A DNA stretch of 64,000 bases. It comes from Sphaerodactylus townsendi. Its lineage: Eukaryota. Position 1 is the stretch's first letter. Every line of letters starts with the position of its first letter. Shown here piece after piece: positions 38,601-51,475 of the stretch. The stretch is from positions 59,768,001-59,832,000 of the forward strand of contig NC_059433.1 in assembly GCF_021028975.2 (NCBI RefSeq), in the 5' to 3' direction. The notes under the pieces are model-generated. The model saw nothing but the letters and a program-made list of their open reading frames with translations, was not told the DNA's origin and searched no databases. The position numbers were made by a program, and so were the translations under genes.

Positions 38601-41408
38601 AGCATAATTTCAACAGCAAATTGTGTTCGGTTCCAACTGTACAACTGTAGATGGATTCAGACAACCATACGCACAACTGTAGATGGATTCAGACAACCAT
38701 TTTTACCACACAGATCTGTACACAAAGGGTAACAAAAGTCTCTTCATGGCTTGACAGGATGACACAGACAATTGTCATGGCTACCTGCATATTTTCCTGT
38801 GGAAGGCAGTTTGTGATTTTGAACAGAAAAACAGGGGGAAGTCAACAGCTCCTCCCTCCCCTCATGCCATTCTTTCATTGTAACATAATCCTGTGAGACT
38901 GTTTCAGGTATTTTGTTTTTAATCAGAGAAATATTACATGCATTTACACATAAACTTCCAGTTCCAAGGCATGTTGTGGAATGCTTGAATTTTGAGATGA
39001 CCATTGTGAGAGAGGGCCCTACCAGATCAATTCTTGTAAGTCCACAAGGGTCCTCAAACAAAGTATTTGAAAAAGGCATCAAGTATTCAGAGATGACTAT
39101 CGAGTTGAAGGGTCTATTGTAATGACAGTTCACACACAGTGAGGCTGATGGACAGTAAGAAAATAGTACCTTTAACTGAACTGTTGTTGAGAAAGAGTGA
39201 TAATCCCCCTCCCCATTTTTTTTACAATATTTCTACTCTGTGTTCCTCTGGTTAAGGCTTGAGAATGCTGTATATTATGTTACAAAATTTCTATACAGAA
39301 TTAAGCCTCTTATCACAAAATCTGTTCAGTGTAATGCCTTTATTGCACTGAAATGAGTGAAGAAGTCAGTTATCAGCAAAGCAGAGTTCATGTTCAAAAT
39401 AGGTACTTCCAAAATGAAGTGTAAGACAAATAAGATGAAAGTGTTAATTATATCAAGCTATTTCACCATGGTCACATAATCAACTAATACAGAGTTATCA
39501 ATTGTTGAAACATTAACAGTCCCTTGGGGAAATGCCAGGAGAAATACTTGGGTTGTTTCTGTATATATAGATGTAGCTATAGATAGACACACTTATATTT
39601 GCTAACAATACCACAGGACTTGTTTTCACATACAGGACTTGTTTAGTTTGCTGTTTGATTAGATTGCTAGGTGTACACCTTTTCTATAATACTAAGGAAA
39701 TTCAGAGAATTTCAATCATATCCTTTTCCTAAGAATTACTTCACATATTGTGAATTCCTATAGTGAAATTATAAAAGATCAATTTTAGTGTACCATTTCT
39801 CTGCACTGAAATGAATGGAGAAAACCTGTGGGTAGAGAGGCTCCATTTGCTTGAAATCCCTTCAAGGGACAAATACTTCAGTGTTCAAGTCATTTTTAAA
39901 GGTTATATCTACAATTAAAATCATTAGCAATTATTTCTGCACGTTAAAATGAATCATCATTCTTCAGATCTGAAACAATTCAGCACCTTGATTTTTGTGA
40001 GAGAAAATAACACTTTCAATCATAGGTAGCTGTTGCCTGCAATGAGAACTTTTATTCTGGTTCCTTCAGCAACCCTCTCATTCCCAAGAGTTCTGGAAAC
40101 TTGAATCAGGTCTTACTATTTTCTCCAGAACAGCTTTGTCTGCTGCATTCTGAACTGATGGTCATGGCCTTGGTGATGGGCATGGTGATTCACAATGGTG
40201 GCTTCTTTTTTGACAGCTACTGTGCTTATCCTTGTCTTGGAAACCACTGGCTATATAAACATGGGTTTCAAGGTAGCCCTTGATGTGAAAGCCTCACTCT
40301 GCCCTTTCAGGTCTTAATCTGTCTAGGCATATTACAGCTGCCTCGGGGTTCTGAAGAAGACCAGAAGGTGCAAAGCTGCAGATGGGCTCGTGTGTGTGTT
40401 TATCTGTCTATCCCATTTCAATCTTATCCCACTCAGGAGCATTGCCCCCTCCATTTTATTCTTATAATAACTTTGCAAAGCGGACTAAGAAAATATGACT
40501 GGCTTCATTGTGTTTTATGGCTGAATGGGGATTTGAATCCAGGTGTTTTTAAAGTGTATTTGCCCACCATATGGACAGGAAGATGCAGATTTCCACATCT
40601 CCTGATCGCCTTAGCACCAGTTCCCCTTGCAGCTGCTGTTTCTTCACCAATACCACCAGCCAGCTTTTTAAAAAAAAAATCAGTGGCAGCTACATTGCTA
40701 TAGTGTCATTAAAAAAAACAGGCAAAAAGTCCTCAAGTTGTCCAAGGAAGGGCTGGACATGAGACAATAAGTGTACAACATGGAATCTTCTCCATATAGA
40801 ATGTGATTATTTTTTTAAAAGACACACTTGACACATTAATGGGTGAATACATAAATAGAAGCATGGATCCCCAGTCATATATAACTCGGCTCAGTCCTTT
40901 GTCCACTTGGAGGCAAATTATTGGCTGATTGTTCAGTTGGCCAGATTATATCCTTCTCTCAAACAATTCATGCATGGCTGGCCACTATATGACAATTTTA
41001 TCCGTAAACCAAATACTTTTCTTGGACAGCGTTCTTTGAGTCCTTGGAGCACAGAACAGGAAGGGAGGACTTTGCCCCTTTCAAGGGCTTAAAGATCAGA
41101 GGCCATAAATAGTCCCCCTGTGAGTCACACAATCAGCTTCTGGATAAGCTTTCTAGATAAACAGGGTGAGATTAAGACAGTATCCACATCAATTAAAAAA
41201 ATCACACAGAATCTTGACAGGAAGTTTTAGGGGAAACAATTTGTTAGGACTGCTATCTGCTGAGAAGTCTTGGCAAAAGATTATGCAATCAAGAGCATGG
41301 CACACATACCCCACTGAAGGAGGAGGGTGGGAAATGTCTCTATCCAAAAAGAAGTATAGTCTCTTGAGATAAATTCTAGAATGCTTCATAGTTGATAATC
41401 CAATAGGT

Positions 41409-42477
41409 CAGTGATGGCGAACCTTTTTGAGACCGAGTGCCCAAACTGCAACCCCAAACCCACTTATTTATCGCAAAGTGCCAACACGGCATACTGAGTT
41501 TTCAGTTTCTGAGGTTTCAGTTTAGAAAAAATGGTTGGCTTCAAGGTGCGCGTTACTCAGGAGTAAGCTTGGTGGTAGTCAGTGGCTTGGCTTTGAGGCA
41601 ACCGTGCAACGTTTCAAATGGGTGAATCACGACCCAAGGAGCGTTTACTCAGAAAAAGACCCATTGCCAGCAACCAAGCTTACTCCCAGGTAAAGGATCA
41701 CACTTTAGTTCTTCCCATGAAAATTAGTGGGGTTTAACAGCACTTAACAGGGTTACCTACACTGCTTCCCCAAAACTAGGTCTTAGGTTTAATTCTAATA
41801 ATCTCCCTGAAATAATTACACTATTATCATACTGGGGTCTGGTGGGGGAAGAGGAAGGGATGTGGGGAGAGAGGGAAGTAAAACTTTCACTTTCCGAAAC
41901 CCAATAAACCACAAAATAGAAGTAAAAAGGCAGTCAAGGAAGGCAATCCTGAGCAAGAATGCTGTGCCAGGGGTGGGATAACTTCAGGAAAGCTAAATTG
42001 GTGGAGCAGCCATCTGATCTGCAGTTTTTCCTTCACATGTCATCATAGCACTTGACTTCCCACAAAAATGCAACCGGAACAGAAAAATAAAAGCAGTTCT
42101 AGCAAAAACCTTGGTGTGCTTTTTTAAAAATTCCTAAATTCATCTTGGTTCCTCCTCCCTAGGCTTGATCTGCCCAGGCAATCGGCAAAAAACTTGGGTC
42201 TGAGTGTTTCCCCGGTGTTTGGAAAGGCACATGTTTTGTTTGTTCAACCCCTTGCTCTGTGCCTCTCTAGCATCTCCACCTCCTCTGTCTCTGCCCCCCC
42301 CTCGGGCAGCAGCCACCCAGAGTACAGGCACCAGGCCCGCCAACCGAGTCCTCCCTGTTTGCCATGGTGCGCGCCTGTCATGCCCAGGGACCCAGGTCAG
42401 CCTAGATGTGTTTTTGTGAACACATGACGAACTCTGTGCCCGAGTGCCCACAGAGAGGGCTCTGAGTGCCACCACTG
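41409..42477. mobile_element. Non-autonomous hAT (Charlie-like) element, about 1.07 kb
   Basis: cagtgatggcgaacc left end, gccaccactg right end; degenerate TSD caataggt / cgataggc. Confidence 0.75.
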
Positions 42478-43629
42478 CGATAGGCAATCCCCAATGTGGG
42501 GTTTTACAGAGGTCCCAAAAAAGCACTGTCCCATCACAAATAAATTAAAATGTTAATTATTTTATTAAAGCATGTGTTAGCACTACCATGATCAATAATG
42601 TGTACAAAATAATGTGCCTTACGTTGCTAGCCAGTTCTGATTCTGTAAATGTTATGTGGGTAGTTTCAATTAACCTATTTGTTCAAAATGAATCACAAGC
42701 AAAAGATCATACATTGGGAACTCTGATGACAGGAAAATAATTTTGTGAAATAATTTTGAGCACTTTGATGAGAGGAAAATAATTTTGCACAAACCAAAAG
42801 ACCTTCTTTCTCCATTGTTGAGACCTGCTTTGAAAACTTGCTGTTGTTGAGCAAACTCTATACAGTAGTTTGGTAAACCAGGATCTGTTTTGTATGTTAC
42901 TGATCTTAACTGTTTTTAGCAGTGCACTCACACCGGCAGAAGGAAGGTCCTCCAGGATCTGCATAGTTGTGCTCTGGCCAGGGGCAGAAGAAAGCTCTTC
43001 TAGGTTTACAATGCCCTGATCACTACTAGTGTCAGAAACCATACAGCCTGTATAATGGGAAGGGAAAATAGCAAGGAAGGGTTCCTAGGATGGACAGAAG
43101 CAGGCAGCAGTCATTAACTTAATGAATCCAACAGAAAGATGAGTTGTATGTGGGAAAATACAAAGCAAAATGATTAGACCCCGAGGCAATCAATCAGCAC
43201 AAGCAGACAATCCCCAGTGACTAACTCTTAACTGTGAAAAATCTATGCAGTGACTGAGATTCCCTCCAGGTAGCTAACTACAATCAGAGTTTGACGTAGG
43301 GATCTTAGATGTACTAAAACTGTGATGCTTTATAGCAGTTCAACCTTTTTGTAGGGTTCCCCTCCCCTTTTATTTATCACTGTTTTTGACATTAGTGCCA
43401 AATAGGATTCCAAATGACCCATGAGGTATGCGCTTTTTCCTCACTCAAATGTACTTACTAAAATGTATGCTTACAGGATTGGTCTACTGTGTGTGAAATG
43501 TGAATTCTAATTCTCCTACTTCCTCCTCTGTTGCTGCTGTTAGCCTTATTGATGACCGAAAGGTGAGATTTGCTTTCCTGTAAATGATCCCTTTCTGGGA
43601 TTCAAACCTATGCCTCCTTTCCCCTATAT

Positions 43630-43995
43630 CAGGGGTAGGGAACCTTTAACACTCAAAGAGCCATTTGGACCCGTTTTCCACGGGAAAAGAAAACACTTGG
43701 AGCCGCAAATAATTTTTGACATTTAAAATAAAGATAACACTATATATATAGGGTTTTTTTTTTACCTTTTACTCCGCTCATTCTGAGAAGCACATGGATG
43801 CGCCCGCCCTGCTGCCTGCGGGGCGGGCGAGAGGGGAAGCCCGCGGCGCGGCTCAGCCGACCGTGGGCAGTTGGTGCGCCCGCTCTGCTGCCTGCAGGGC
43901 GGGCAAGGATGGGGTCGGCAGCTCGGCTCGTGGAGCCACAGTGCAAGGGCAGAAGAGCCGCATGCGGCTCTCGAGCCGCAGGTTCCCTACCCCTG
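43630..43995. mobile_element. Young CpG-rich hAT MITE
   Basis: Perfect TIRs caggggtagggaacct / aggttccctacccctg and a perfect 8-bp TSD ccctatat. Confidence 0.92.
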
Positions 43996-45239
43996 CCCTA
44001 TATGCATAATTTTTTTCCCTTTCTGCCATTGGGGACACTATGTTGTTTAGTTTCTTGTTATTCCAGTGGCTGGTACTGTCAAAAACCTCTTCATCAGAGC
44101 ATTAGTCCCTTCCAGCACCATCCAAACTCTTGCCCTACAGCCTTTGCACACGCAAAAATGCAAGAAAAATACCATGGTAGCTACTTATGTGAAGTCAAAC
44201 TAATTATATCCCCACACATATTTGCTAACATAAGATCTTGTGTGACCAATTTTGGGGTGCTGATATATAGGGAGGAAAGTACTAGATGGTGCACACAAGT
44301 GCAACCTGCACATTGAGCAGCCTTGACTATTATCTTGGGCATCAGAGGGTGAGGATGCTGCATGCCATCTTCAGTGATGCCTCCCTGGCCAGCTGGTTAG
44401 CTGTTCCGATGGCCTCAGTGGCTGTGCTGGGGTCTTGGGATTTGCATAGACAAAAACCATGTGAAATGAGAGCTGTAGCAAAGAGGAGAATTAGGTAATG
44501 TTAAGAGAAAGGTGCTGTGAATGAAGGGATCACAGTTCTTTCCCTGCGTGTCTGCCTGTCAAAATATCACGTTTACATTTTATTTCAGAGATTTCAGGAC
44601 TGCTCATGGCCCATCCACCCTGGGAGAAAGGGGAAGGAGAGGGAGACCAGAAGGGGGCCCATCATCTGGTCATGACCCACCCACCCTGGGAGGAACGATA
44701 GGGGAGAAGAGGGAAAGGTGGCCTGTCATCTGGTGTGGCCCACCCACCCTTGGTGAATGGGTAGGAAAAGGGTTCTCTATTCAGAGTGGAGGATGCTATG
44801 TCGCCTTTGTTTCTTCCCCAACTGTACATGGAACCTTTCCAGTGGGTTTTTTGTTTGTTTGATTGTTTTGTACATGGGTGGAAGCAGAGTGACCTCACAG
44901 TTAGCATGTATTGATTGGTCCCTTCAATGTATGGTTGACATAGGATTTAAACCCATGCTTGATATGGGGACATTGTTATACTGTTTCATATTTGGTTGTG
45001 GTGTTACTGTGATCTCTCATTGATAGCAGTAATTATGCTAGTATTACATTGTCATCAGCAATGTACTAGCCTCTTAGAGCTTAGAATTAGGTTGTTAGTC
45101 TTCCTAAATACAAATTACAATAGATTGAATACTGCATATTTAAAGCATTGATTCTACTTCTATTGTTGATTCTTCATAGTAATGTATTATTTATCTGCAG
45201 TCTAAGAATTTTGCAAGGAAGCAAAACCATCAGGAGAAC

Positions 45240-45339
45240 ATGAGACTAAATTTTCAGAAAATGAACGAAGTTGCCTTAACTTATCTTGACAGGAGTGGTG
45301 GCCTTCAGAAATTTGTGCAAGATTGCAAACTGTACAATG
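45240..45339 (+). CDS. MCMDC2: MCMDC2 coding exon 1 (MRLNFQKMNEVALTYLDRSGGLQKFVQDCKLYN); exon starts at 45201
   Basis: ctgcag| at 45200, |gtagta donor; second in-frame ATG at 45261 is an alternative start. Confidence 0.92.
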
Positions 45340-48300
45340 GTAGTATCTAGATTTATTTTTAATGTATTATTGAAAGAAAAATCTTACTTAAATCAAAAGG
45401 AATATATAGGCCTGTGGTGGCGAACCTTTGGCACTCCAATTGGCCATGCTGGCAGGGGCTGATGGGAATTGTAGTCCATAACATCTGGAGTGCCAAAGGT
45501 TCGCCACCACTGAATAGGCTATAGCAACTCTTGTGACTGTCTTCTCTTACAGACTCAAAACAAAGTTATGCTGTCTTTCGGTTTCTTATTTCTGTAAATC
45601 CATCTGATATTGCTGAATTGGATGCTACTCTTGGAAATTATATTCTGCATGAGCCTGTTAAGGCCACACAGATTTTTCAGACGGTAAGGCATCTCATACA
45701 TTTGGAGACAACAGAAATGTATTGACAAATCTAAACCACAGTTTTCTTATGAAGTAAATTGCATTTTGAATTCTAGGTGTGCTTTACAGCTGTTAAGACA
45801 CTGACACTAATTCAACAACTGCAGACAAAGGCTCAGGTAGGAATCTGCTGTATTTTTCAAGTTATGATTAAGAAACAGTTGTACTTATTAAAAATATAGT
45901 TTCCCTCCTTTACATTTTTAAGTTTGATAAATTTTCTGAAATGCATTCTATGCTTTTGTGTTTAGCTTACTGAAAGTACGATCCTACTATGTAATTTTTG
46001 TACAATCTAATATGTTGTTTTCAGCTTACTGAAACTAAGATCCTACAAAATAATTTTTGTGCAAAGTGTCATGTAAAGAATTATTATTTCAGTTGTCTTT
46101 TTAGATGTTTCGTTGGTTCTTCAACCCTAATCCTAATGTATTTATTGAATGCCACATTCTGTTGATTGCATTGACTTACTGTGCAATCTGTCTTGAGATC
46201 AGGTGAGAAAGGTAGACTATAAATAAATTAAATATCCAAAGACAAAGTTTAATCACAAGATAACACCTGGCAGCCCCAACCCGATGGAGGGGGCTGAATG
46301 CACATAGGGATCAGCACAAGGCCATGCCGTAGCATTTTCCCCTCCCCTGCTGCCCCACTGGCGCAAGGAGCAAATGTGCCTGTGGCTGGCTGCCCCTCAT
46401 CTCCATGGCGGGCAAACCCAGAAATCTGGGGCGCTGCAGAGTTGTGCTGGCATCCAAAGCAGGCATTGGAGAGAGGTGGGGCATTTTCAATGGTGGCACC
46501 AAAGTTAGTCGCCTCCCTCCTTCGATTTGTGGCCAGTTGTGCTGTGGCCCCAACCCTGGATATACACCACCCTTTTTGGTAGCATAAGACCATTGGGCCC
46601 CATGGAGGGTTTTCCAGCAACAGGGAGGGGTTTTGCTTTTTTCTCCCTCCCCACTCCTCTGGAAAGCCTGTGGGAGGCAGCACAGCAATCTGGATTATGT
46701 TGTAAGGCAAAATTATTTCCATCACACTGACAAGACAGAGTTCCTAATCTACCTCTATAGTAGTGCCAAAGTTCATGCCTGGATGTAGTTTCACCTTTGA
46801 TTTTCATGTCAGAGGTAGCCCTTAAGTCAGTGTGGAATGGCACCCACATGTGCAGAGGCAACAGCTGTATGAAAGCAACCCAGGGTTGTTGTCTGAATCA
46901 GACAGAATGTGGTGTGACACTGAGGAACAGTGATATGTAAACGCCAAGCATTCTTATGTATTTGTTGCTGTGAAACCATAGACTGTTTACAGTACAATCC
47001 TAAGCAAAGTTACATCGTTCTAAGTCCATTGAAGAAAATGGGCCTAAAAAGTCTAGCTCTGTTTAAGAAGGTACTGTCAGTAGCCGTTTTTAAGCATAAT
47101 CTTTGATTGCAATTTTTAACATTTTTTTCTTCTTAGATGAACATAGTACTGAAACTAACACATTTGCCATCCCTACCTTGTTACAACCTCAGTCTTTGCA
47201 CATTTCCATTTGATTACATGTCTCAAAGATTTTATATGTCAGAAGGAATAGTGATCGCAGCAACCGTTGTAACAAAATATACACAAGGTGCAAGATTTGT
47301 TTGTTCTGAGGAAACATGCCCATTTTCTGAAGGTATGCCAGTCTGGAAACTTGAACTCAGTTTTCTGTAATTCACTGATTAATATCAACAAGAAAGTGAT
47401 CAATATCAATGTTAGTATTATTTTATTTTCTCATGCAAAGTTTTATATACAATTTATTTTAATTGCTCAAAATGGGATTACAGAATTTGGTATTTTAACC
47501 TCAAGGCTTGGGTATTGGGGATGAAGCAAGAAGGAGATACCAGTTATGCGTGTGTATACAGGGGGTCAGACTCTAAGAACAATGGGAAGAAAAGCAGTAG
47601 GGTGAAAAACGTCACTTACCTGATCATTCAAAATGTCACTCTGAACTCATTTTGATTTCCATCACAGACGCTGAAAATGTACGTTATATTGTTGACTATT
47701 ATTTGGATGTGATTCTACTATTTTTCATTTGTGAACCATGTTGAATGCCCTTGTTGGGGCAGGAAAGCAGCAATAAAAATAACTACATACATAAATTGCA
47801 TTTGGGCTAGTAAGAACATAACAGAACTTTGTTTTCCCATGACACTTGATCCAAAGTCAGAAACAGGATCACAATATCCATTTTCACGGATTATTTATAT
47901 ATTAATTCATTTATACCCTGCCTTTCTCCCAAACCAGCAGGGCCGTAGCACTGGAATACCCCCACCACTTCCTTGCACTGGCGCACGCACGGTACATCAC
48001 GCCCCCCCGTCCCCTTGGCGCTACGCCGCTGCAAAGCAGCTTACTTCATTCTGTTTTCCTCCATTTTGTCCTCACAACAACTCTTTGGGGTAGGTTAGGC
48101 TGAGAGAGTTCCTGGCCCAAGGTCACTGAGTGAGCTGTCATGGAGTGGGGATTCAAACCCAGATCCTAGTCTGACACCCTTAATCACTATACCATACTGG
48201 CTGTCAAAAAACTGTTTACTAATTTACTAAAATATTGTTTACGAATATATAATGATTGAATGGAAATGAAAAACCAATCAAGTATCAGCTATCATTTCAT

Positions 48301-51300
48301 GAATGTTAAGAAAACTGAATTTATTGTTTGCTTCTCTTAGGGTTTCAGTATATAAGAGTACATTCTCCTGGTGCTACAGAATCTGCAACAGTGAGAAATG
48401 ATTTTGTGTGCAGTTTATGTTCTTCATCACTGCAAGAAGACATCAAATATCGAGTACTTGGAGGTGAGAATTATATATTTTATTAACTAGTTGTAAACAA
48501 TAAAAGTTCTACAGACTTATGTTGTGCATTGTTACCAGGCTGTAAAAAGAGAATAGAAAAGGGTGGAAAAGGGAATCCTCTCCCTGATGTTGCTTAACAT
48601 CTACATGTAAACCCTTGCCCAGTTGGTCCAGGGTTTTGGACTGAGTTGTCACCAATATGTTGATTACGCCCTGCTGTATCTCTTGATGGGCAGCTGGCCT
48701 GATACCACCTTTGGATACAATGACCAGCTGTTTGGAGGCTGTGGCATGATAGATGAGGCAGAGCTGATAGAAATTAAATCCACCAAAGACAGTGATCCTA
48801 AGGTAGGTTCGGGGGGACTCAGGATTGGACAGCCTCTATGGAGCCACAGGTCATACATACTGCCAGGCTGGCTTTTTTTCCATCTGCAACAGACCAGGCA
48901 ATTGGTGCTCTACCTGTCTCATCCTCACTTTACAATGGTGATCCACACAATGGTAACCTTCAGACGAGACATCTGTAACTCACTCAATGTACTTGAGTGC
49001 CCTTGAAACTGCTCTGTAAACTCCAGCTGGTTCAAAATGCAGTTGCATGAGTTCTCACTGGGACATCATGGCAAGCCTACATACAACTGGTGCTCCATCA
49101 GCTGCACTGGCTCCAGATGAGGTAATGGATTAGGTTCAAGCTGTTGGTATTAACCTTTAGAGCCCTAACAAACTTGGCAGAACCAAAATAATTTTCTTGT
49201 TCCACATGTATTCCTTTACCTTTTAGCCCTCTTTTAGGGCATAAAGCATCCTGTGCTTTGACCCATTTTTACTGGTAAAAACCGCAGATTGAAATTTTAG
49301 ATGCTAAATCACCAAAACGGCCAGATCAAGATATTTATCTCTTGGACCAGTCCACAAAGTTATCAGCAGTTTTGATGCTTTAAAATTTTTAAAAATCTGA
49401 CTTTAACTGGTGTCATCAGTGCACCTAAATCCATATATAGTCCTAAATCTATGTAATCATGTACGTTGCTTAGGAACTAGGGAGACAGACAGAACCATCC
49501 TAAGAACACTTTCTGGGAGAGTTGCAACTCCTTAAAGTCATGTCCAAATGTTGGGAGACTTTGTGGAATGGCATGGGAATGCATACAGGGGGCTATAGCT
49601 GGAGGAGGTAATCTACAGAAATTAGGTCTCCCTCCTTTTCATGAGTAGAAGTGCCTTCCACTCACACAACAAATCCCTTGGATCCCAATGTTTATATCTC
49701 ATGTCCATTTTGAAATTTACTAAGCTAAGCAAAATTTTAAAATACTTTGGTCCACACATACGTTAATATTCCTTTTATATTTTAAAGATAAAAAGATTAT
49801 TGAAATGATTGATCCAAAAGCAATGAGTGCTTTTCAAGGATTTTGCAGTAATAAAGACCATTTCAGATTTCAGTCTTTTACTGTTTTCCTAAGAGGTAAG
49901 TTTTGTTAACTTTGTTAAAACCATTCTTTGAAAACTGTGGTATGATTTTCAGACATTGACTGTGTTCTATGAAGTATTTGTTTTTGTATTTACCTCACTT
50001 AAATCCCAACTTTTTCCTCAATGGGGATTCAAAGAAGCTTTCCTCTCTTCATTTTATTTTCACACTAACCCTGTGAGGTAGGTTATGCTGAGAGTTTGTG
50101 ACTGACCCAAACTCACCTAGCATCTTTCTATGGCAAAGTGGGTATTTGAACCTGAAAATCCCAGATAGCTAACAGTAACCACTACATTATACTTATTATC
50201 CCAGTAGCATTTGAGTGGAATCAATCTTTCATTTCCTGTATGTACCTGCATGTAAACCAAAATGCTGAAGTAATGTTTAGTTCTGATGTTTGTCATATTT
50301 AAAAGTTTGTCCCATTGAATCTGTGGTTCAACAACAGGAATATAACTAAAAATTCTATAATCTCAGACCTTTTCATGGTCTTAGACTTTCTCATACTTCA
50401 ACAGAACTTTTTCCTTGTAATGTTAGTTCCTCCTTTCTGTTTCCTATGATCAAGTTGTTCTATAATTGCTTAATCATTTTGTAACATCCTTCCTCAATCT
50501 GTTTCCTTAGTTGTGATATGTTCTATCCCTGGTTTTCCAAAATTCAACTACACAGAATAAAGTTTTTAACAGAACCCATATCTGTGATTTGCCTTTTGCG
50601 TTTAACTGATATTTCTGCAATCATAACACAATCTGCTGAGCTCTTCTCCTGCATGTCCTAGGAACAGCCTAAACTAGATCTAGTTTATTTGAGGGGCCTG
50701 GAAAATGTTATTATTGTAAGAAGTTTTGTTCAAAAGACTTTTTAAGGATTTCTGACTGATGATCTGAACATATGCTTAACTCACAAGACCAAATGGAATA
50801 TGTGCACACAGCTGAAGGAGATCACTTTGTAATTAGAATTGGTCATATGAATTCATCCATGGAGACAAGTCCTACAAATGGAGAAAGAGAGGGGGGAGGT
50901 GACCCAGCCATTACAGAATCAACTACCTAGATTTAATCTGTCAAAGTCAAACCAGACATGATTCAGGAGATCCCTATTTAGAAACTCCTGCATTTGGGGG
51001 GAGGACCCTAAAAGTTGTTCAAGAAGAAGGATTTGGATCAGTGCCACACAAAGGGGGTATTAACCCACCATATTATTTTCCCAACATAAACTTCTTGCTT
51101 CAAATGATGAGCCGCTATCTTATGGTGATTAAAGTATCAGGCAAGAAATCTGAGTTTATCTCCACTCAGCGGCCAGTTGGCCTAACCTACTTCACAAGAT
51201 TGTTGTAGGGATAACATGATGGAAAGGGAACCATGAATACTAACTAACCAGAGCTACTTTTAGCCTGGGGATCTATCTAGTTGCATCTATGATCCTAAAG

Positions 51301-51417
51301 GTTATCATTTGTAATAAGACTATACTGGTGAAGCACAGAATGGTCTTGTAGACAGAAAACTAATGGCCATTTACACACATATGGTCTCCTTCGCTTTAAG
51401 CAGCTATTCCCTTTGGA

Positions 51418-51475
<58 letters not shown>

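Noticed and set aside
39878-39960. Minus-strand ATGATGA...CTGA about 80 nt apart (C/D snoRNA-like)
   Set aside because: No terminal stem and no rRNA/snRNA-complementary guide that I can recognise
40117-40350. Two in-frame TGA codons read as selenocysteine
   Set aside because: No SECIS identified and no selenoprotein similarity; decay or non-coding status is simpler
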